Shown: positions 1-14,573 of the stretch, piece by piece
How the letters are laid out: every line of letters starts with the position of its first letter
How positions within the stretch are numbered: the first letter of the stretch is position 1
Source of the DNA: Podarcis gaigeae
Lineage: Eukaryota
Length of the DNA stretch: 64,000 bases
Assembly: GCA_964106915.2 (NCBI GenBank)
Contig: OZ066915.1
Reading direction: 5' to 3' (one strand)
Notes under the pieces: generated by a model
What the model was told of the DNA's origin: nothing
Database searches by the model: none
Seen by the model: only the letters and a program-made list of their open reading frames with translations
Made by a program: the position numbers and the translations under genes

Positions 1-1061
1 TACTTCTGCAACACTTAAAAATGGCCCACAAGAACCTTGGGACAGCGTTTATAGAGCAGGCTGGGAATAACATTTGGAGTCAGCTCAGGGGAGTTACAGC
101 TGGCTCGGCAAATGTTTGAAACCAGATTTCTGAAATTAGGTCACAAGCAAAAAAATTAGCATTTTGCTAGTTAAGAACTGACAAGAAACTGCTTCTGCCC
201 TAGATTTGAGATATCTAGCGGAGGATGAATTACAGAGGCATCATAACAGAAAAAGCACTGGAAGGCATTGTGCTGGTCTGCTGCTCAGGACTAAGCATTG
301 ATGCAGACACTGCATTTTGGAGATTCAAAGTTGTATGCTGCCCATCATGTTGCTCAGTTTACTAAGAGGCAAGTCTTGGCTCTCCTACTCTCTTCCCTCC
401 CCTCAAGACTTTCTGGTGCACAGCAGTAACAAAGAGTGATCCAGTGTGCTGGAAGCAATGCACCTTTTCTGTGCCAATGAGACTTTGTTCCAGGCACAGG
501 AGGGGACAGCCTGCTTTTGTTACATTTGCTGCCTGGCCCTGGCATAATTCATAGTGCTAGAAGAGGGGACACAATCAAACTCTCCATTCTGAAAGATTTG
601 GGAAGGTTCTGTCCTGGCTATTACAAGTCACTGTCTACCTAAAGCAGAGACCTTTGCAGCACACTCAGTCCATGAACCAAGAAGCCCCAAAAGTAAATTC
701 TGCAAATTCAGTGCAAAGGAATCAGATTTTAATTGATGTCCAAAAGGGAATTAGTACTAGAGCACATTGGTAGATACAGGGAAGCTGACTCACACATAAT
801 GCCAAACTACATGCATGAGCTAGAACAAGCCTAAGAGAAACCTTGGACTGGCATTCTCTCCGTCCCCAAACAGCCATGAGAAAGACTTCTGCTGCTTTTC
901 CTTTCACTTTCAAATAATCGTGGATTAATGTTACAAAACTCAATATTATTGTCAGTTTCTCTAGGCAGATTCTAAACAAGATGTTTCATTATCCCTAGTT
1001 TTAAGACATTTGGGATAGAAATAGACCAGAACAATTAATAACAGAAGCAACAGGTTGTAGT

Positions 1062-1144
1062 CAATGCTAGTCCTACTCCAAGTAGCCCCATTGACTAACA
1101 GGATCATTCATTTCAATGGGTCTACTCTGAGTAGAATTAGCATT
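1062..1144. mobile_element. Short palindromic MITE-like repeat
   Basis: Arms caatgctagtcctactccaagtagccccattga and tcaatgggtctactctgagtagaattagcattg are imperfect reverse complements; related degenerate palindromes near 21655-21705 and 40320-40405. Confidence 0.55.
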
Positions 1145-4100
1145 GGCTGCAACTCATTGTTTCTATTATGATTGGTATTTTGTGTTTCTCACTTTGCATT
1201 CTGAACTGAAGATCTGCATTTTGCTGTATAATGAAAGGAAGTAGCATTGCGGGGGCAAATATAAGAGCAAGTGATGGATGAATAACACAGGGAACACTAG
1301 AGCAGTGTATGCACAAAAGCATTTTTTCCTTTCTATGTGATTAGGTACAAAGCACATTGAGACAAGTGTGTGAATCAGGGTAGGAGATAAGGGTACATAA
1401 AGACAGTGATACCATGGCAGCTGGAACTAGTGATGTCATTTAAAGTTCTCTAATTCCCCCCCCACACACACACACACAAACACACAAAATTCAAACTAAA
1501 ATTTTGCCACACAAATTGCTTGAGTACTCACACACATGACCTATATAGGCTACAGAAGTAATGAGATTAGAGCAGCTTTGAATGCACCACATTCAAATTT
1601 TTGTCAGGAATTCTGCATGCACAGAATCTGACTAGATCTTGTCTTCCCATTTTATCTTCTTTAACAGACTTGTGACACAAATTAAATTGAGAGGTAGTGG
1701 CCATAGATCACTTAGTGAATTTCTTGACTTGGAATCTGAATCCAGTCTCTCCAATCGAGCACTCAACCTACAAGACAAAACACAGCAATGCCAATCCCCA
1801 TGGTGTACCCTCAATTTCACAATGAAAATTGGGGATTCCTATGCCTGAGTGGGTGGAGTAAAGTACAGTCTCCTGGTGTGCTCTGATGTACAACAAACAA
1901 CAGGGTCAACACAATCCAGACACAAGTGTGCTACAAGAAAGTGGGAATTTGAAGTACATGCAAGCACATGGCTCCAGATAACTAGAGCAGTATGACAGGC
2001 TACAGGCTACAGTGTAAGTCAAAGACGCATATATGCTTATATAAAGGTACATCAGGGTCATTCCATCTCAAGTGATCCAATTTTTTTACCTCATGTCATT
2101 CCAATATTTTGCACACTTGTTGAATGATCAAAACTAAATTTAAAATTTAATTTTTTTATCTCATCCTGTTTTTGAGTTATGAGGGTTTGAAATTTCAAAA
2201 AATAATAATGAGAATTTTGGCCTTGCCAGACAACACAAAAACCATAAAAGCTCAGCCCAGAATTGAGTTATTTCAAAACTAAAAATGTCAATCTCTTCAG
2301 AATTCCATGGGCTTTAATATGGTATGTCACATGACAGACTTACTTTAAATTTCAAACTTACAAAATTTAAATTAAAAAAAATAGTTTTAAAAATTAATAT
2401 GATTTAAAATTTCCAAAAAATGTATTAATTATTTAATATTTCTAAGAGCTACCTGCAAAATTTCATCTTGGGATCTGAATGGGATCAGTTTTTAAAAAAT
2501 ATTTTGTACATACATGTCTGCCTTGCTGAGTTTTATTTAGGATAAATGGGTCTTCTTGGGAGTAAAATATAACAGAATAAACAATACTTCAAACTATAAT
2601 ATCAGTTACTTCAGACATTTCTTTAGAAAGTTATTCAGTTAAAAGGCATCTGAAAAGCTAGTCAGGCTTTTCTTTTAAAAATGTGTTCCAAAGCCGAGTG
2701 ACAGCTTGCTATTGCATGATAGGATTAATGCTTGTCAGTAATGTACTTCATTTCATGAGCATTACAACCAAGTCCCCATTGAGACAAGTTTTACTTATTC
2801 ACACATACCGTACTTTCACCCATGTACATGACACATCATAAAAAAGAAAGAACAAGTCCATGCCCTGCTAGGTTCACAGTCAAGCAAAAAGCAATACAAG
2901 GGAGACACAGGGGCAGACATGGGAAATGGAAGCAGGAATATATGGAAAAAATCTATGCAATCAGTGTAGCTATATGTACTAGGCTTTGCTGAAGCAGCCG
3001 GTGGGGATTGGGGTTTGCGCCAAGAGCTTCATGGAGAAGATCAGTAATTACTGTCCAACTTTCTTGGAAGAAAAATAAAGATCACCACTACAGATCTGAG
3101 TCTGCAACATGCAGATATAAAGGTGCATTATCAATTTGTATTGAGCAATATTGAGGCCAGATAGGAAGGCCTGCCAAAGCCAGCCCCCCGGAGGTGAATG
3201 CAGATCTTTCGTTGGGGCATTCCCCACAAGCACCTGCAACACCCAAGAGTTGTATGATATATGAGGGGTTACTTAGCAGATATAGGAAGTGCTCCCTATG
3301 CTGCAAAACGTTAAGTACATTTTGGAGATTCTTGCTTTTCTCTGCTCTAGACAAACAAAACTAGCACACACATCTAAGCATTCAGAAGCTCCACACATTT
3401 AATGAGGGCCTCTACCTATTATATTCTGATTCACAATCCAATAATATTCTTGTCCTCCCACTGCTTCTGTACTCCATGCCTTATGCAACATGCAAAGCCA
3501 AGAGCAACTGGCCAGCAATTTGACAACACTAAACAATATCTGTCCTCAACAAAGCCACAGTAGGGAACACAGGACTGTGGCAGCAATCTATCCTTCCTGC
3601 CTAGGCAGTAAAAAGATTAACCGTATATTTTAATGATCTTGCATTATCACAGACTATGGCCATCCTCTTCTTATTCTTTCCCAAGCTGGAGCCGGCAGAA
3701 TTTGACATGAACCAAATCTGTCAAAGAACTCAAGACAGACACGTGGGTCCTAATGTGCAAAAGGGAGGGGAGGGGAAGGGGGGCGAAGAACCATGCCACT
3801 CCATTCAGTTCCAAACAATGATAAATAATTCAGGACGAGAAATGCCGCAATACAGAACACACAGAAGGGTTTAAAAATAGAACACGCTGAAGCCAAAGGA
3901 GGAGACAGAGAGCATGAAAGTACCATATAGGAACAGGGATCTGTGTCAACAAATCAGAAACCACCAGATGCTGTGATCATGACAGAGCTGACTGCTGCCA
4001 GATTGCAGTGATCACGACATCCTGTTGTCACCCAACACACTGTGCATTTTTTTCCCTTCTAAGCTGGTTCTTCCTACTGGAATTCTCCAAGTACTGTAAT

Positions 4101-4924
4101 TATGAAACAGGTATCAATGCAGGAAGATAAAAAAAAGATTGGCTCTTCTTGCTAACCATTTGAAATTGTCTAATTCTCAGATGCCAATTGCTAGAGAAAG
4201 GTATTAGGAACAGGAGCACTCTCAGGCCCAAGGGCAAGCCAGGCCCCCTCCCTGCCAGATTATGTCCCTCAACACCAGCCCTGCTCCATGCCCTCCTTGG
4301 GTGAGGCTTGAATGCACCCTACAACTGTAATAACACCTTTTGCTTGGTATGTTATAGAAAGCTCTGCAACTTTTGTGTATGTGGCTGGAGTGCATAGCTC
4401 ATGGCTCAATACAAATTGATAATGCACATTTGTGGCTCAGCCCAGTTTTGCCTTTGACCCATTCAATACTGGCATGAAATCCCCAGAGGACTGCCCTAGA
4501 GGGAAATGGTTCAGGCTCAGAAAGGTTTCCCACCTCTGCATTAGAAGAATAACACTTTGCCCCTGCCATTCATACTCTAGCTAAATGCTCATAATTTGTA
4601 CATCCATTATATTTTGCAAAATGTTATATGCATAAAAGCAGGCACTCGGAAAACAGAGGAGAGTTCTGAGTGGAAGTAATCAGGGCTCTGGCTTTGCCTT
4701 TTCTGCTGTATGATGACAACAATTTTTGAATGATTCTTCCTCAAGCAATTATGTATTTCTTTAGAACGTATGTATGTGTCTCAAAATTGGGGACAAGGAA
4801 GGTAACTATTCAAGGTCTAATGTGACAAAGCAACAAACAATTAAATGAACCAGCATAATTGTTTAGGTATGTGGATGATCATACAGCTAGAACCATTCCT
4901 GCATTTTTGTTCTTTATTCATATA

Positions 4925-5374
4925 CCGTATTTTTCGCTCTATAGGGCACACCGGACCATAGGGCGCACCTGGCTGTCTTGGCTTCCTCTTTAGCCACGCA
5001 AAACCTCTCCAGCCGGGAGAGGCTGCACGCAGCTTTGGCAGAAGCCAAGACAGCGAGCGGGATGGATCCCGCTCGCTGTCTTGGTTTCCTTTTTAGCCGC
5101 GGGGCTGGGGCAGGGTTAGGGTTAGGGTGCTCCCCAGGATTCGGGCTGCAGGCTGCTATCCACAAGCCTTCGGAGCCCAGCGGGGACTCCCACCGCACTC
5201 CGAAGGCTTGCGGATAGCTTCCTGAAGCCTGGAGAGCGAGAGGGGGCGGTGCGCACTGACCCCTCTCGTTCTCCGGGCTTCAGCGAAAGCCTGCATTCAC
5301 TCCATAGGACGCACACACATTTCCCCTTCATTTTTGGATGGGAAAAAGTGTGTCCCATAGAGCGAAAAATACGG
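4925..5374. mobile_element. Tc1/mariner (pogo-like) MITE
   Basis: TIRs CCGTATTTTTCGCTCTAT...ATAGAGCGAAAAATACGG flanked by TA on both sides. Confidence 0.9.
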
Positions 5375-8300
5375 TACTTATCCTTATTTACCCATAACAC
5401 CTTTATGTTATGTTTAACTTAGTCCAAGTGATTCTTGTTCTTCCACATGCAGCATGTTATCGAACCAATACTGAGTCAGCTAATTACATGACAAAGGGAC
5501 AGGGTCCCAACCCTAGACGTTGGCTCACTCTCCTGCTTTGATATATGCTCCCTTTGTCAATCAGGAAATTAGGCCCTGTCTGACCTGAAAGAATCCCAGG
5601 AATCTACTGGAAGGAGAATCATACAACTGATCATGCAACACTGAAAACGAACATGGGCAAATCCTAAGTACTCCTCCTGCAACTGCACCTTGCAGGAATC
5701 TGTTTCTGCACGGGAAGATGAGGAGTCTGTTACTTGGTACACTGCAAATCAGAGAGGCCAGTTATACATCAGCAAGTATCAAGAACAATCAGAGATAGCT
5801 TGCATTCTGGCAGATGCAGGCTGACTTTGCCTGTGGCTTGGCTCCTAAATCAGCAATAGGAAACTGGAAGTTATTTCTGACTTCACCAAAAAAGACATTC
5901 CCTGGCGAAGAAAATACAGTGTTCTTGTATAAGGAGATGACTGTGCTAAGAGGTTAAAGTTCTCCTTTTTCCTGCAAACATGAATTTTAAAATTTTTAAC
6001 AGTACTATTAATGTGTACCTCATATTAAAGTGAGAATCCTAGGGAATTGGGGGGGGGGGGCATGCCATGCCCTAGATTTGAGCTGAAAGTGAACAAAACT
6101 GTTTCTCAGTCTTAATCACCAAAGAAGACATAAAGCACTGCAAGGCATCACTGGTCCACTTCTCCAGTATTGAGTATTCAGTATTCATGGAAGCCTCAGC
6201 TGTAATCAGTCAAGTCACTGTTCCAGTTTTAATGGAGTGCTCTCTGTTATCTTGCCTAGCTATGATGACAATATAAAGCTGTCACATTTTTACCTCTAAA
6301 ACATGGAACACTAATGTCTAATATAGTGTAGTGTGCCTTAAAATAAAGTCAAAGCTGAATAGTGTTGCATCTGAGAAGTGTAGACGTTATATCAGTATTT
6401 TGATTTTTAGTTAAGAATTCTGCCCATGATGCATGCAATGGCAGACTGAGAGGGCATGGCAAAACAAAAACAAAAAACCACACCCTCAGGCAGGAAGCTG
6501 AGGTAGGAACCCTCAACGGTCTGGTGAAGCTATCCCCTATGAATGGGGGGAAAGAATGTTGTCCTTTCCTGAAATCTCCTTTCCAACAAATGGCAGAATG
6601 TGGGAATTTTTTCAAGCAGGGAAACTATGAGAGCCTCTCCCACAACCTAAAGAAAGGTTGTTCACCTGTTGGCTTCTGCCTTCTTCTAGAAGTGGGCTGG
6701 TTAAAAGGGAGGAGGGAATCCACAACACATTCTTAGATTCTCAGGGAAAATATAAATGAAAGTATGAAGTCTGAGGAATTAGAAACATCCTACTAGCTCC
6801 CAACATCAAAAATGCTATAAAATATGCTTCTAGATTACATTTTTTTTTGTTTTATGTTCATTTTTGTTCTAATTATATTGTTTTAATATTGTGCACAGCT
6901 TAGAGGTTTTTAAAATATTAAGTGGTTCACAAACGCTTTTAAGTAAAACAAATAAAATGAAGTGATGTGTTAGAGAGACAATTTAATTGCCATCTCCTGG
7001 TCCAAACAATTCACAATACTGGAGATAGCTCCCTAAGTTGGTTAGACTTGTGGTGCTGATAATCCCAAGGGAGGCCACAGGTTCAATCGTCATATCGTGT
7101 TCCTGCATTGCAATGGGTTAGACAAGATGGTCCTCAGTGTCCCTTCCAACGCTACAGTTCTATGATTTTATGATTAACCCTGGGTCCCCAGATGTTGTTG
7201 GACTACAACTCCCATTATCACTGACCATTAGCTAAGCTGACTGGGAAGGAGAGAATTTGTAGTCAGACAGTAGATTTTATTGTTTATAGCCAATGGCCAT
7301 CACAATACAGTATGAGCACAAATCAAACAACTACAAAACAAAATGTATGGCATGCACCAGACCAGGACAAATCTACAATGCCCAGAAATTAAAAACATTC
7401 CTTCTAGTCAGCATCCCTAGGGGTTGGCACTTGCACTGAATTTGCAGACAAGCAACATCTGGGGACCCAAGGTTGAAGACCTCTGAAATATTGCCCAAGG
7501 GATGACAAACCAGTCTTGAATTCATGAACATGTTGAAAACCATGATATTATGCAGGGAACAGGACTGGAGGCGGAGAGGGAAAGTGTCACATCAGAAAGA
7601 AAAGGAGATTGGTCTGAAAAAACAGAAAGGAAGAAGTTGTCCCAGACAGGATGTATGATTATTTCATGTGTTTCTATACCACATTTAGTCACCAAGTCAC
7701 CTCAAATCATTTCACATAAGATGAGTTTGTGTACAGCAGATAGTGCAAAGGCAATGATGAGGAAGTGAAAGATATGGGTCTCATACAAATCCCACTTCTT
7801 GTCTTCAGAGAAGAAAGATCACTAATGAATCAAACATCTAAGCAGAGGGGAAAACTTTATAGAGATGAAGGTCTCCAGCAGGTGCCTCCATCATCTGAGG
7901 TGAGACAGGTTGCTACCAACTTCTCAGTAGCGGCAACCCAGTTACAGAACACTCTCCTCAGAGAGGTCTGGCCAGCACCTACGTTTTTGTTCTTAATGTG
8001 CCAAGCAAAATTTTATTTTTCCAAACTTTGATACAATCTTAATTTTGTTGTTTTTATACAATTTTTAGAATTTTGTGGCTTTTAGTGTACTATACTTTTT
8101 GTAATTACAGTTTTAATTATTTTATTATTCTTTGTAAACTGATCTAGGGATATGATTGAAGGAGATATCGACAACAGAACAAACAAACAGCTGCAATATT
8201 ATGCACAATTACTAGGAAAAAAGCACAACTGAATTCAGTGGGTCACTTCTATACAAACATGCACAGACTCTGTCTAGATGAAACCAAAAGTGCTCTCTGG

Positions 8301-9097
8301 ACCACTAGTGGCACTCATGTGTTGCATGTAGGAAACATTAAGTTTTCCTCATGTAGATTTCTGTTCAAAAATCTCTTGGTTCCCGATGGAATGTTGCACA
8401 GAAGCTCATGCATTTTAATTCAATCCAAGCCTTCCATTCTCTTTTTACATTCACTGAAATGTGGTGAAATCCCCAGAGACTGGTCACTCTCATGGTTTTT
8501 TAAGCAACAAATTCATTGGAAGCACAGCACTTGCCAAAAGCAACTTGTACACCTTGAACTGTATGTTTGCTTCAAAAAAGACTGCAGTTACAACAAATGG
8601 CCAGTAGGAAGTATATTTATTATGCTTTTTTAAAAATAAAAGCTCTCCCTTTGCCAAGCACCTGGCAGTTTGTGCACAATGGGGTTCCCCTGACCATAGT
8701 TCCCTATGAATGACAATTATGGCCTCTTGCACTGCCTGCCCTCCCACTTGGGTGACTGAAAGTGAAACAGGATTTCTATCTTTACAACAGAAAAGGAACA
8801 TTCTGAACGTTTCAAACACTAGAGCAGGAGGACTGGGCAGCACAATGTTGCATTTCATCTTTACAATCCCAAACTGTTGCCTCTTAAGTAAATTCTTACA
8901 CACTTTTATAACTTGGACTCAAACTGGAGGCTTTCATGGTACTTGCTTACAAAATCAGAGGTCATGTGCAGAATGTTTCTGACACTAATACAAAAAAAAT
9001 ACAAAAATACAAAAAAAACCAGATGTGAACTTTATAGCAATCTGAATTACACAGTTATGTTGTCACTTTAATCCACTAATACTACAGGGCTGAAAGT

Positions 9098-9101
<4 letters not shown>

Positions 9102-9142
<41 letters not shown>
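9102..9142. repeat. (CT)n microsatellite
   Basis: Uninterrupted CT dinucleotide run. Confidence 0.95.
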
Positions 9143-9146
<4 letters not shown>

Positions 9147-9595
9147 ATTGCATTAAAGGATAAGTAAATGCCCTCAGAAGTGCAGCAGAAAACAAAAAAT
9201 AATTTACTTTTGAAGTATTATTAATAGGATTTGAAAGCAAACTATAAAAGTAGCTTACAAAATCATTCAAATGGCAATCCAAATTTAGTTTTAAATTAGC
9301 TCTTGAAGTAGTTCAGGCACCTAGGAGTATGGGAGATTATTAAATTAGCAGCAGTCAATGATAACCTATTCTCAAACCACCCCTTCTCTGAAAAAAAAAT
9401 ATTTGGTCACATTCCCTCTTGGTAGATCATACACATCTTTTGTCCTTGCTTCTTCACAGCATGCCTTTTTCCAATGTTCCTTTTGTAAGTATAAACCTCT
9501 TATGTATTTTGTATTCTCATTTTGTATTTTTCTGTTTGGAACAGCCCTGGGATCCTCAGATGAAGGATATTATACAAATTTCATTAATCTTAATA

Positions 9596-9816
9596 CAGTG
9601 GACGCTCGGGTTGCAAATGTGATCCATGCGGGATGCACGTTTGCAACCCGCAGCGTTCGCAATCTGCGTCTGCGCACGCACGCGTTGCAATTTGGCGCTT
9701 CTGCACATGAGCGACTGCCGAAACCCAGAAGTAACCCGTTCCGGTACTTCCGGGTTTCGGCAGTCTGCAACCTGAAAAAACGGAACGTGAAGCGGATGCA
9801 ACATGAGGTATGACTG
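9596..9816. mobile_element. Tigger/pogo-like MITE
   Basis: TA-CAGTGGACGCTCGGGTTGC...GCAACATGAGGTATGACTG-TA with imperfect TIRs; a related partial copy ends at about 46344. Confidence 0.75.
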
Positions 9817-10369
9817 TAATAATAATAATAAATTTTTATTTGTATCCTGCCCTCCCCGGCCGAGGATCATAATCATCATCATCATCATCTGCTGTTACTG
9901 CTGCTGCCTCATCAATAACGGTAATAAGTCTTTCCTAAATGTTCCTCAAATCTGTGAACACATTACTGGAGCCACCAGTCTGTGAAACTGTGGGCACCAA
10001 GGACTCCACCATCACAGTACCAAGCCTGTAGTCTGACAAAGCCAGTCATGGAGATCTTATAAATTAAAAGAGAGGATTGGAATATTGCTGCCTGAAGTGC
10101 ACACATGCAACTCAGGTTGTGTGTGCTCAACTGGAATATACATAAATAGGTATTTTAAACTAAATATTCCACAATACCAATGGGGAACTGAGATTCTACA
10201 TTTCTAAAGCCGTATGCACTCTGGTTATTACTCAATAATCTTCAATAATCCACATTCACAAACTGTGGTCTTCCACTTCTAAAACTGTGATGACTTCCTT
10301 CCTCCAGACATGTCATTTAATGGGTGATTTCCTCCATTCATATTTAAGTTATTGTAACATAAATTGTAT

Positions 10370-10634
10370 TTGCTCACTTGAAGGACAGATCGTGAAGCTG
10401 AGGCTCCAATACTTTGGCCACCTCATGAGAAGACTCCCTGGAAAAGACCCTGATGTTGGGAAAGATGGAGGGCACAAGGAGAAGGGGACGGCAGAGGACA
10501 AGATGGTTGGACAGTGTTCTCGAAGCTACAAACATGAGTCTGACCAAACTGCAGGAGGCAGTAGAAGACAGGAGTGCCTGGCGTGCTCTGGTCCATGGGG
10601 TCACAAAGAGTCGGACATGACTAAACAACAACAA
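10370..10634 (+). mobile_element. Bov-B (RTE clade) LINE 3' fragment
   Basis: Encodes CSLEGQIVKLRLQYFGHLMRR; 3' end ggggtcacaaagagtcggacatgactaaacaacaac; matches copies at 43.7 and 45 kb. Confidence 0.9.
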
Positions 10635-10769
10635 AATTGTATTTTAATATAATCAGTTAAAAGTGAGATTCTTTGCTTCTCCACACATTTATCTCCATGC
10701 TTATAGTCAATATCAGGGTAGGTGTAATGCTTCTGCCAGCTTGTTAATATCAGTAGGAAGAAAATGATA

Positions 10770-11640
10770 AGCACACAATACTAACATACAAGCTTTTGTG
10801 AAAGAAAAACCACTTCCAGCTGATGCATGAAGTGTTATTCATAGTTGGCAGGGTTGTGTGAGAGTTGGGGTGTTTGAAAAAACCCCCACAGGAACAAATA
10901 GAAAAGTGGGGGAGATAATGCTATTACCTAGAAAGACATGTGACATTACTAAATGGAACACTAAGGAAAAAGAAATCAGTTCAACAGAGGGAAATAAGAG
11001 TGTACATGACCCTCACACAACTGATGAAACAAGATGAATGGTGTATGCGAAAATATAAAGGAGAAATTACCGTATTTTTCGCTCTATAACACGCACCCGA
11101 CCATAACACACACGTAGTTTTTGGAGGAGGAAAATCCGTAGGCATGCCACCCGTAGGCATTCCCTCCATAACACGCACAGACATTTACCCTTACTTTCTA
11201 GGAGGAAAAAAGTGAGTGTTATGGTGCAAAAAATACGGTACTTTCAGTTATTAGGTAGCCTCTACTGAGCTCAAGTTCCAGAGAGTGCCGAATCTGCAAA
11301 TGAATGCCAACTGGCAGCTCCTATTCTGGAGACTCCCTTTCAAATCTTGCTAAAGTATGGCAACGTTCTAGTTTGATCCAGGGAGACTGAAACTCCTCCA
11401 TTGTTTTCTGAGTGTTACAGTTCTTAATGTCTAATTTGTGCCACTTAACCCTCTTGACTGGAGTCAGTACATTTTAGTCAATGCAAATGGCAACAGTGTA
11501 TTGCTGGCAAATGATGACAACTCTTGCATTAGGAGATGTGCAGGTGAAAAAGTTCTTGATGGTACGACTTCTGTTGAGTCACATTATAGAGTCCCTTGAC
11601 TAGATATGGGGTAGACGGTAGAGACATGCATTTGTACAGC
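10770..11640 (-). mobile_element. Old, degenerate Penelope-like element (GIY-YIG remnant) interrupted by a MITE
   Basis: Minus strand reads FTCTSPN..IICQQ...KRVKWHKLDIKNCNTQKTM..FSLPG, similar to the GIY-YIG region at 61.1-61.7 kb; degenerate terminal-repeat sequence near 10785-10830. Confidence 0.6.
11070..11238. mobile_element. Tc1/mariner (pogo-like) MITE, short form
   Basis: TA-CCGTATTTTTCGC...GCAAAAAATACGG-TA; same TIR family as 4925-5374. Confidence 0.88.
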
Positions 11641-11699
11641 TGTGCAGAAGGCCAACTGTTGCTCAGAAGCTAAAGCTTCAGCTTGGAGTGGCCTATGTG

Positions 11700-11830
11700 T
11701 ATTGATAGATGCTAAAGAAAAAGGAGATTTCTCCCTGCCAGATTTGAGTTTATATTACGAGGCATGCTGCCTATGTTGGTTGGAGGAGTGGTTGTTATTA
11801 AAGAATTCACATATTTTAGACTTAGAAGGA
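11700..11830 (+). mobile_element. Internal L1-clade ORF2 fragment
   Basis: LIDAKEKGDFSLPDLSLYYEACCLCWLEEWLLLKNSHILDLEG aligns to LTDAKERGGFALPDFKLYYESAAFCWLKDWLLLENTDIMDLEG in the L1 at 24.8 kb. Confidence 0.8.
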
Positions 11831-12462
11831 AGTTAAATCTTGCTCTGCGCAGGTGAGGGTTTTAAAGGTGGGCATCACTTTAAATTTACTGAAGCAAAGG
11901 GAAGTTGGACTTCAAAGAGTACCTTCCCCCGTATGAACTAACCAAATCAGCTGAGACCAACTTCTTCATTGGCCATATACAACCCAGGAAGGCATTTTTG
12001 GTGGCAACTCCTAGAAATTTTTGTTTAAGGAGAAGACAGTCACACTTTGTTAACAACCAAACCACTCCTGAAATAAAGCTACTGAAAGTTTGCATCATGA
12101 GCTTTGTCAATGACACAGAAACGTGGCTTATGGCATTTGGATGCAAGTTTAATTTGGATGACAGACACAAAAGCTATCTTTCTTCCCCAGTGCTTGCAAA
12201 GACTGGATATTATCTGTCTTTACTCTTGCTAAAATTCCAGGAGATCTCAATTCTAAAGCTGTACTAGTGTCTAAATTTAGCAAGGTAATGGAAACATTTG
12301 GAAGGAAAGTAATTCATTTTAATATCTGCACTTTTATGTTGCCAGGCAGCTAATTTCTGGGTGATCTTAAAGCACTGAGCCAGAAAGAGAAGAAAGCAAC
12401 TGGGACATAAGCACACAGTAGATTATAAACTGATATCACTGCTAATTATTCTAATTATGATA

Positions 12463-12704
12463 CAGTGGTACCTCAGGTTACATTTGCTTCAGGTTACATA
12501 CGCTTCAGGTTACAGACTCCGCTAACCCAGAAATAGTGCTTCAGGTTAAGAACTTTGCTTCAGGATAAGAACAGAAATCGTGCTCCAGTGGTGCGGCGGC
12601 AGCGGGAGGCCCCATTAGCTAAAGTGGTGTTTCAGGTTAAGAACAGTTTCAGGTTAAGAACGGACCTCTGGAACGAATTAAGTACTTAACCCAAGGTACC
12701 ACTG
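12463..12704. mobile_element. Tigger/pogo-like MITE
   Basis: TA-CAGTGGTACCTC...AAGGTACCACTG-TA; internal cttcaggtta repeats; inverted sister copy at 13661-13940. Confidence 0.9.
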
Positions 12705-13653
12705 TACTCCTATCTCGAACGGGGCTATGGTTAAAAGAGGAGTTTGGGATCAAGATTTAGAAGTTATGTACCACCATTGCAAAAGAAAATCAAAACAATG
12801 AAAGCACAGGCACTGCCTGGCAAAAAAAATAATACTGCATCCTCAGAATCCCAACTCTTTTTATACTTCTTAACAACAACACTTAACATTTTTATAGCAC
12901 TTTCAAATACAATGGGGAGGGGTTGACCTAACAAGCCCCATCAGCACAAGTACTTCAAAAGTACTTCCACTTGTACAACAAAGCGTTCCCCCCTCTCCCA
13001 TCCGGTATGCCCCCCCCTCCCGTTATTTGCCCTGGCAGTCATCAGTCAACAGATATAATGAGGTGTATTTCCAACCAAAAAAAGGGGGCATGGGAAAGGC
13101 TAATGCTCTGCCTTTTGACTTGCCTGACACGTCTAGAAGGATAGTCAATGTGATGCTCTCCAGACGTTGTTGGACTGTAACTCCCATAATCCCTGACCAC
13201 TGGCCATGTTGGATGGGCTGATGGGTGCTGCAATCCTCAATGTCTAGAAAGCACCACATTCTCTTTCCACATAGACAAAGAATAGTGTGGTGGCATTAGA
13301 ACAGAATGTGAGCAAGAAGCAGCACGTGAAGAAAGACAACAGGCATGCAGTTTGACACTTATTGTACTGTTTGGGGACAACTGCGACTTGCATGTAAGAG
13401 GTAAATTCCTTTTGTATTGTGTCTACTAGGCTGTGAACTATGAGCAGGAACTGTCTTATAATTTTAATATCTCTACAGTACTTAGGAAACTTTGGCTGCT
13501 TTATAAGTGAGAAATGATAACAACAACATGAACTCCACATGGTTTATACATAGCCCCAATCACAAAGTCAAGAACTCTTGTTGATATACCAGCTTTATTT
13601 CTTTTTCTCCCTTTATTCATACAATCAAGTATAAATGAAGCTCAAATGAATTA

Positions 13654-14254
13654 CCATATACAGTGGTACCTCGGGTTAAGTACTTAACTCGTTCCAGAGG
13701 TCCGTTCTTAACCTGAAACTGTTCTTAACCTGAAACACCACTTAATTCGTTCCGGAGTTCCGTACTTAACCTGAAACCACTTTAGCTAATGGGCCCCCTG
13801 CTGCTACGTTGCCGCCGGAGCACGATTTCAGTTCTCATCCTGAAGCAAAGTTCTTAACCCAAGGTAATATTTCTGGGTTAGCGGAGTCTGTAACCTGAAG
13901 CGTCTGTAAGCTGAAGCGTATGTAACCCGAGGTATCACTGTATACTTGAGTATAAGCCGACTTTTCCAGCACATTTTTTATGCTGAAAAAGCCCCCCTCG
14001 TCTTATACTCGAGTGAGTACTTACTCAGGGGTCAGCAAACTTTTCCAAACTTTCCAAAGGGGCTTGGGTGATGCGAGGGGGGGCGCCAGCGCCGGCATCT
14101 TTTTGGGATACCCTAGGCTTATATTCAAGTATAAGCCGACCCGAATACAAGCCAAGGCTTAATTTTACCACAAAAAACTGGGAAAACTTATTGACTCGAG
14201 TATAAGCCTAGGGTGGAAAATGCCCACCTCTGCCACTCGTATGAGCATATACGG
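13654..14254. mobile_element. Tc1/pogo-type MITE (CCGTATATACTCGAG family) carrying a nested MITE in its TIR
   Basis: Left terminus ccata[insertion]tatacttgagtataagccgac; right terminus gcatatacgg-ta. Confidence 0.7.
13661..13940. mobile_element. Tigger/pogo-like MITE (nested)
   Basis: TA-CAGTGGTACCTCGGG...CCCGAGGTATCACTG-TA; reverse-complement similarity to 12463-12704. Confidence 0.9.
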
Positions 14255-14282
14255 TAAGCTGCTGCTTTTCCCCCAAATCCTA

Positions 14283-14400
14283 GTAAAGGTAAAGGGACCC
14301 CTGACCATTAGGTCCAGTCATGGCCGACTCTGGGGTTGCGGCGGAAACCTATTTATCTACTTGCACTTTGACATGCTTTCGAACTGCTAGGTTGGCAGGA
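14283..14400 (-). mobile_element. Sauria SINE fragment (internally deleted)
   Basis: gtaaaggtaaagggacccctgacc is the reverse complement of the tail of the full copy at 14574. Confidence 0.85.
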
Positions 14401-14573
14401 GTCCCCAAATCCTACTTAACCTTAAAACTGCAACTTACTGTGGCTACAATCCCTTTTGGGTTTGAATCTTCATGCTGATCTCATGCCTGTAGCATCCTAC
14501 CTGCTCATTAGACACCTTTGTTGTTTTTTCTTCCCCACCTGCGCTTTTGGGAGCAAGTACATTGGTGATAGGA

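Noticed and set aside
2053-2720. AT-rich block starting GGGTCATTCCA as a DNA transposon
   Set aside because: Looks like a transposon end, but no matching opposite TIR or coding remnant was found.
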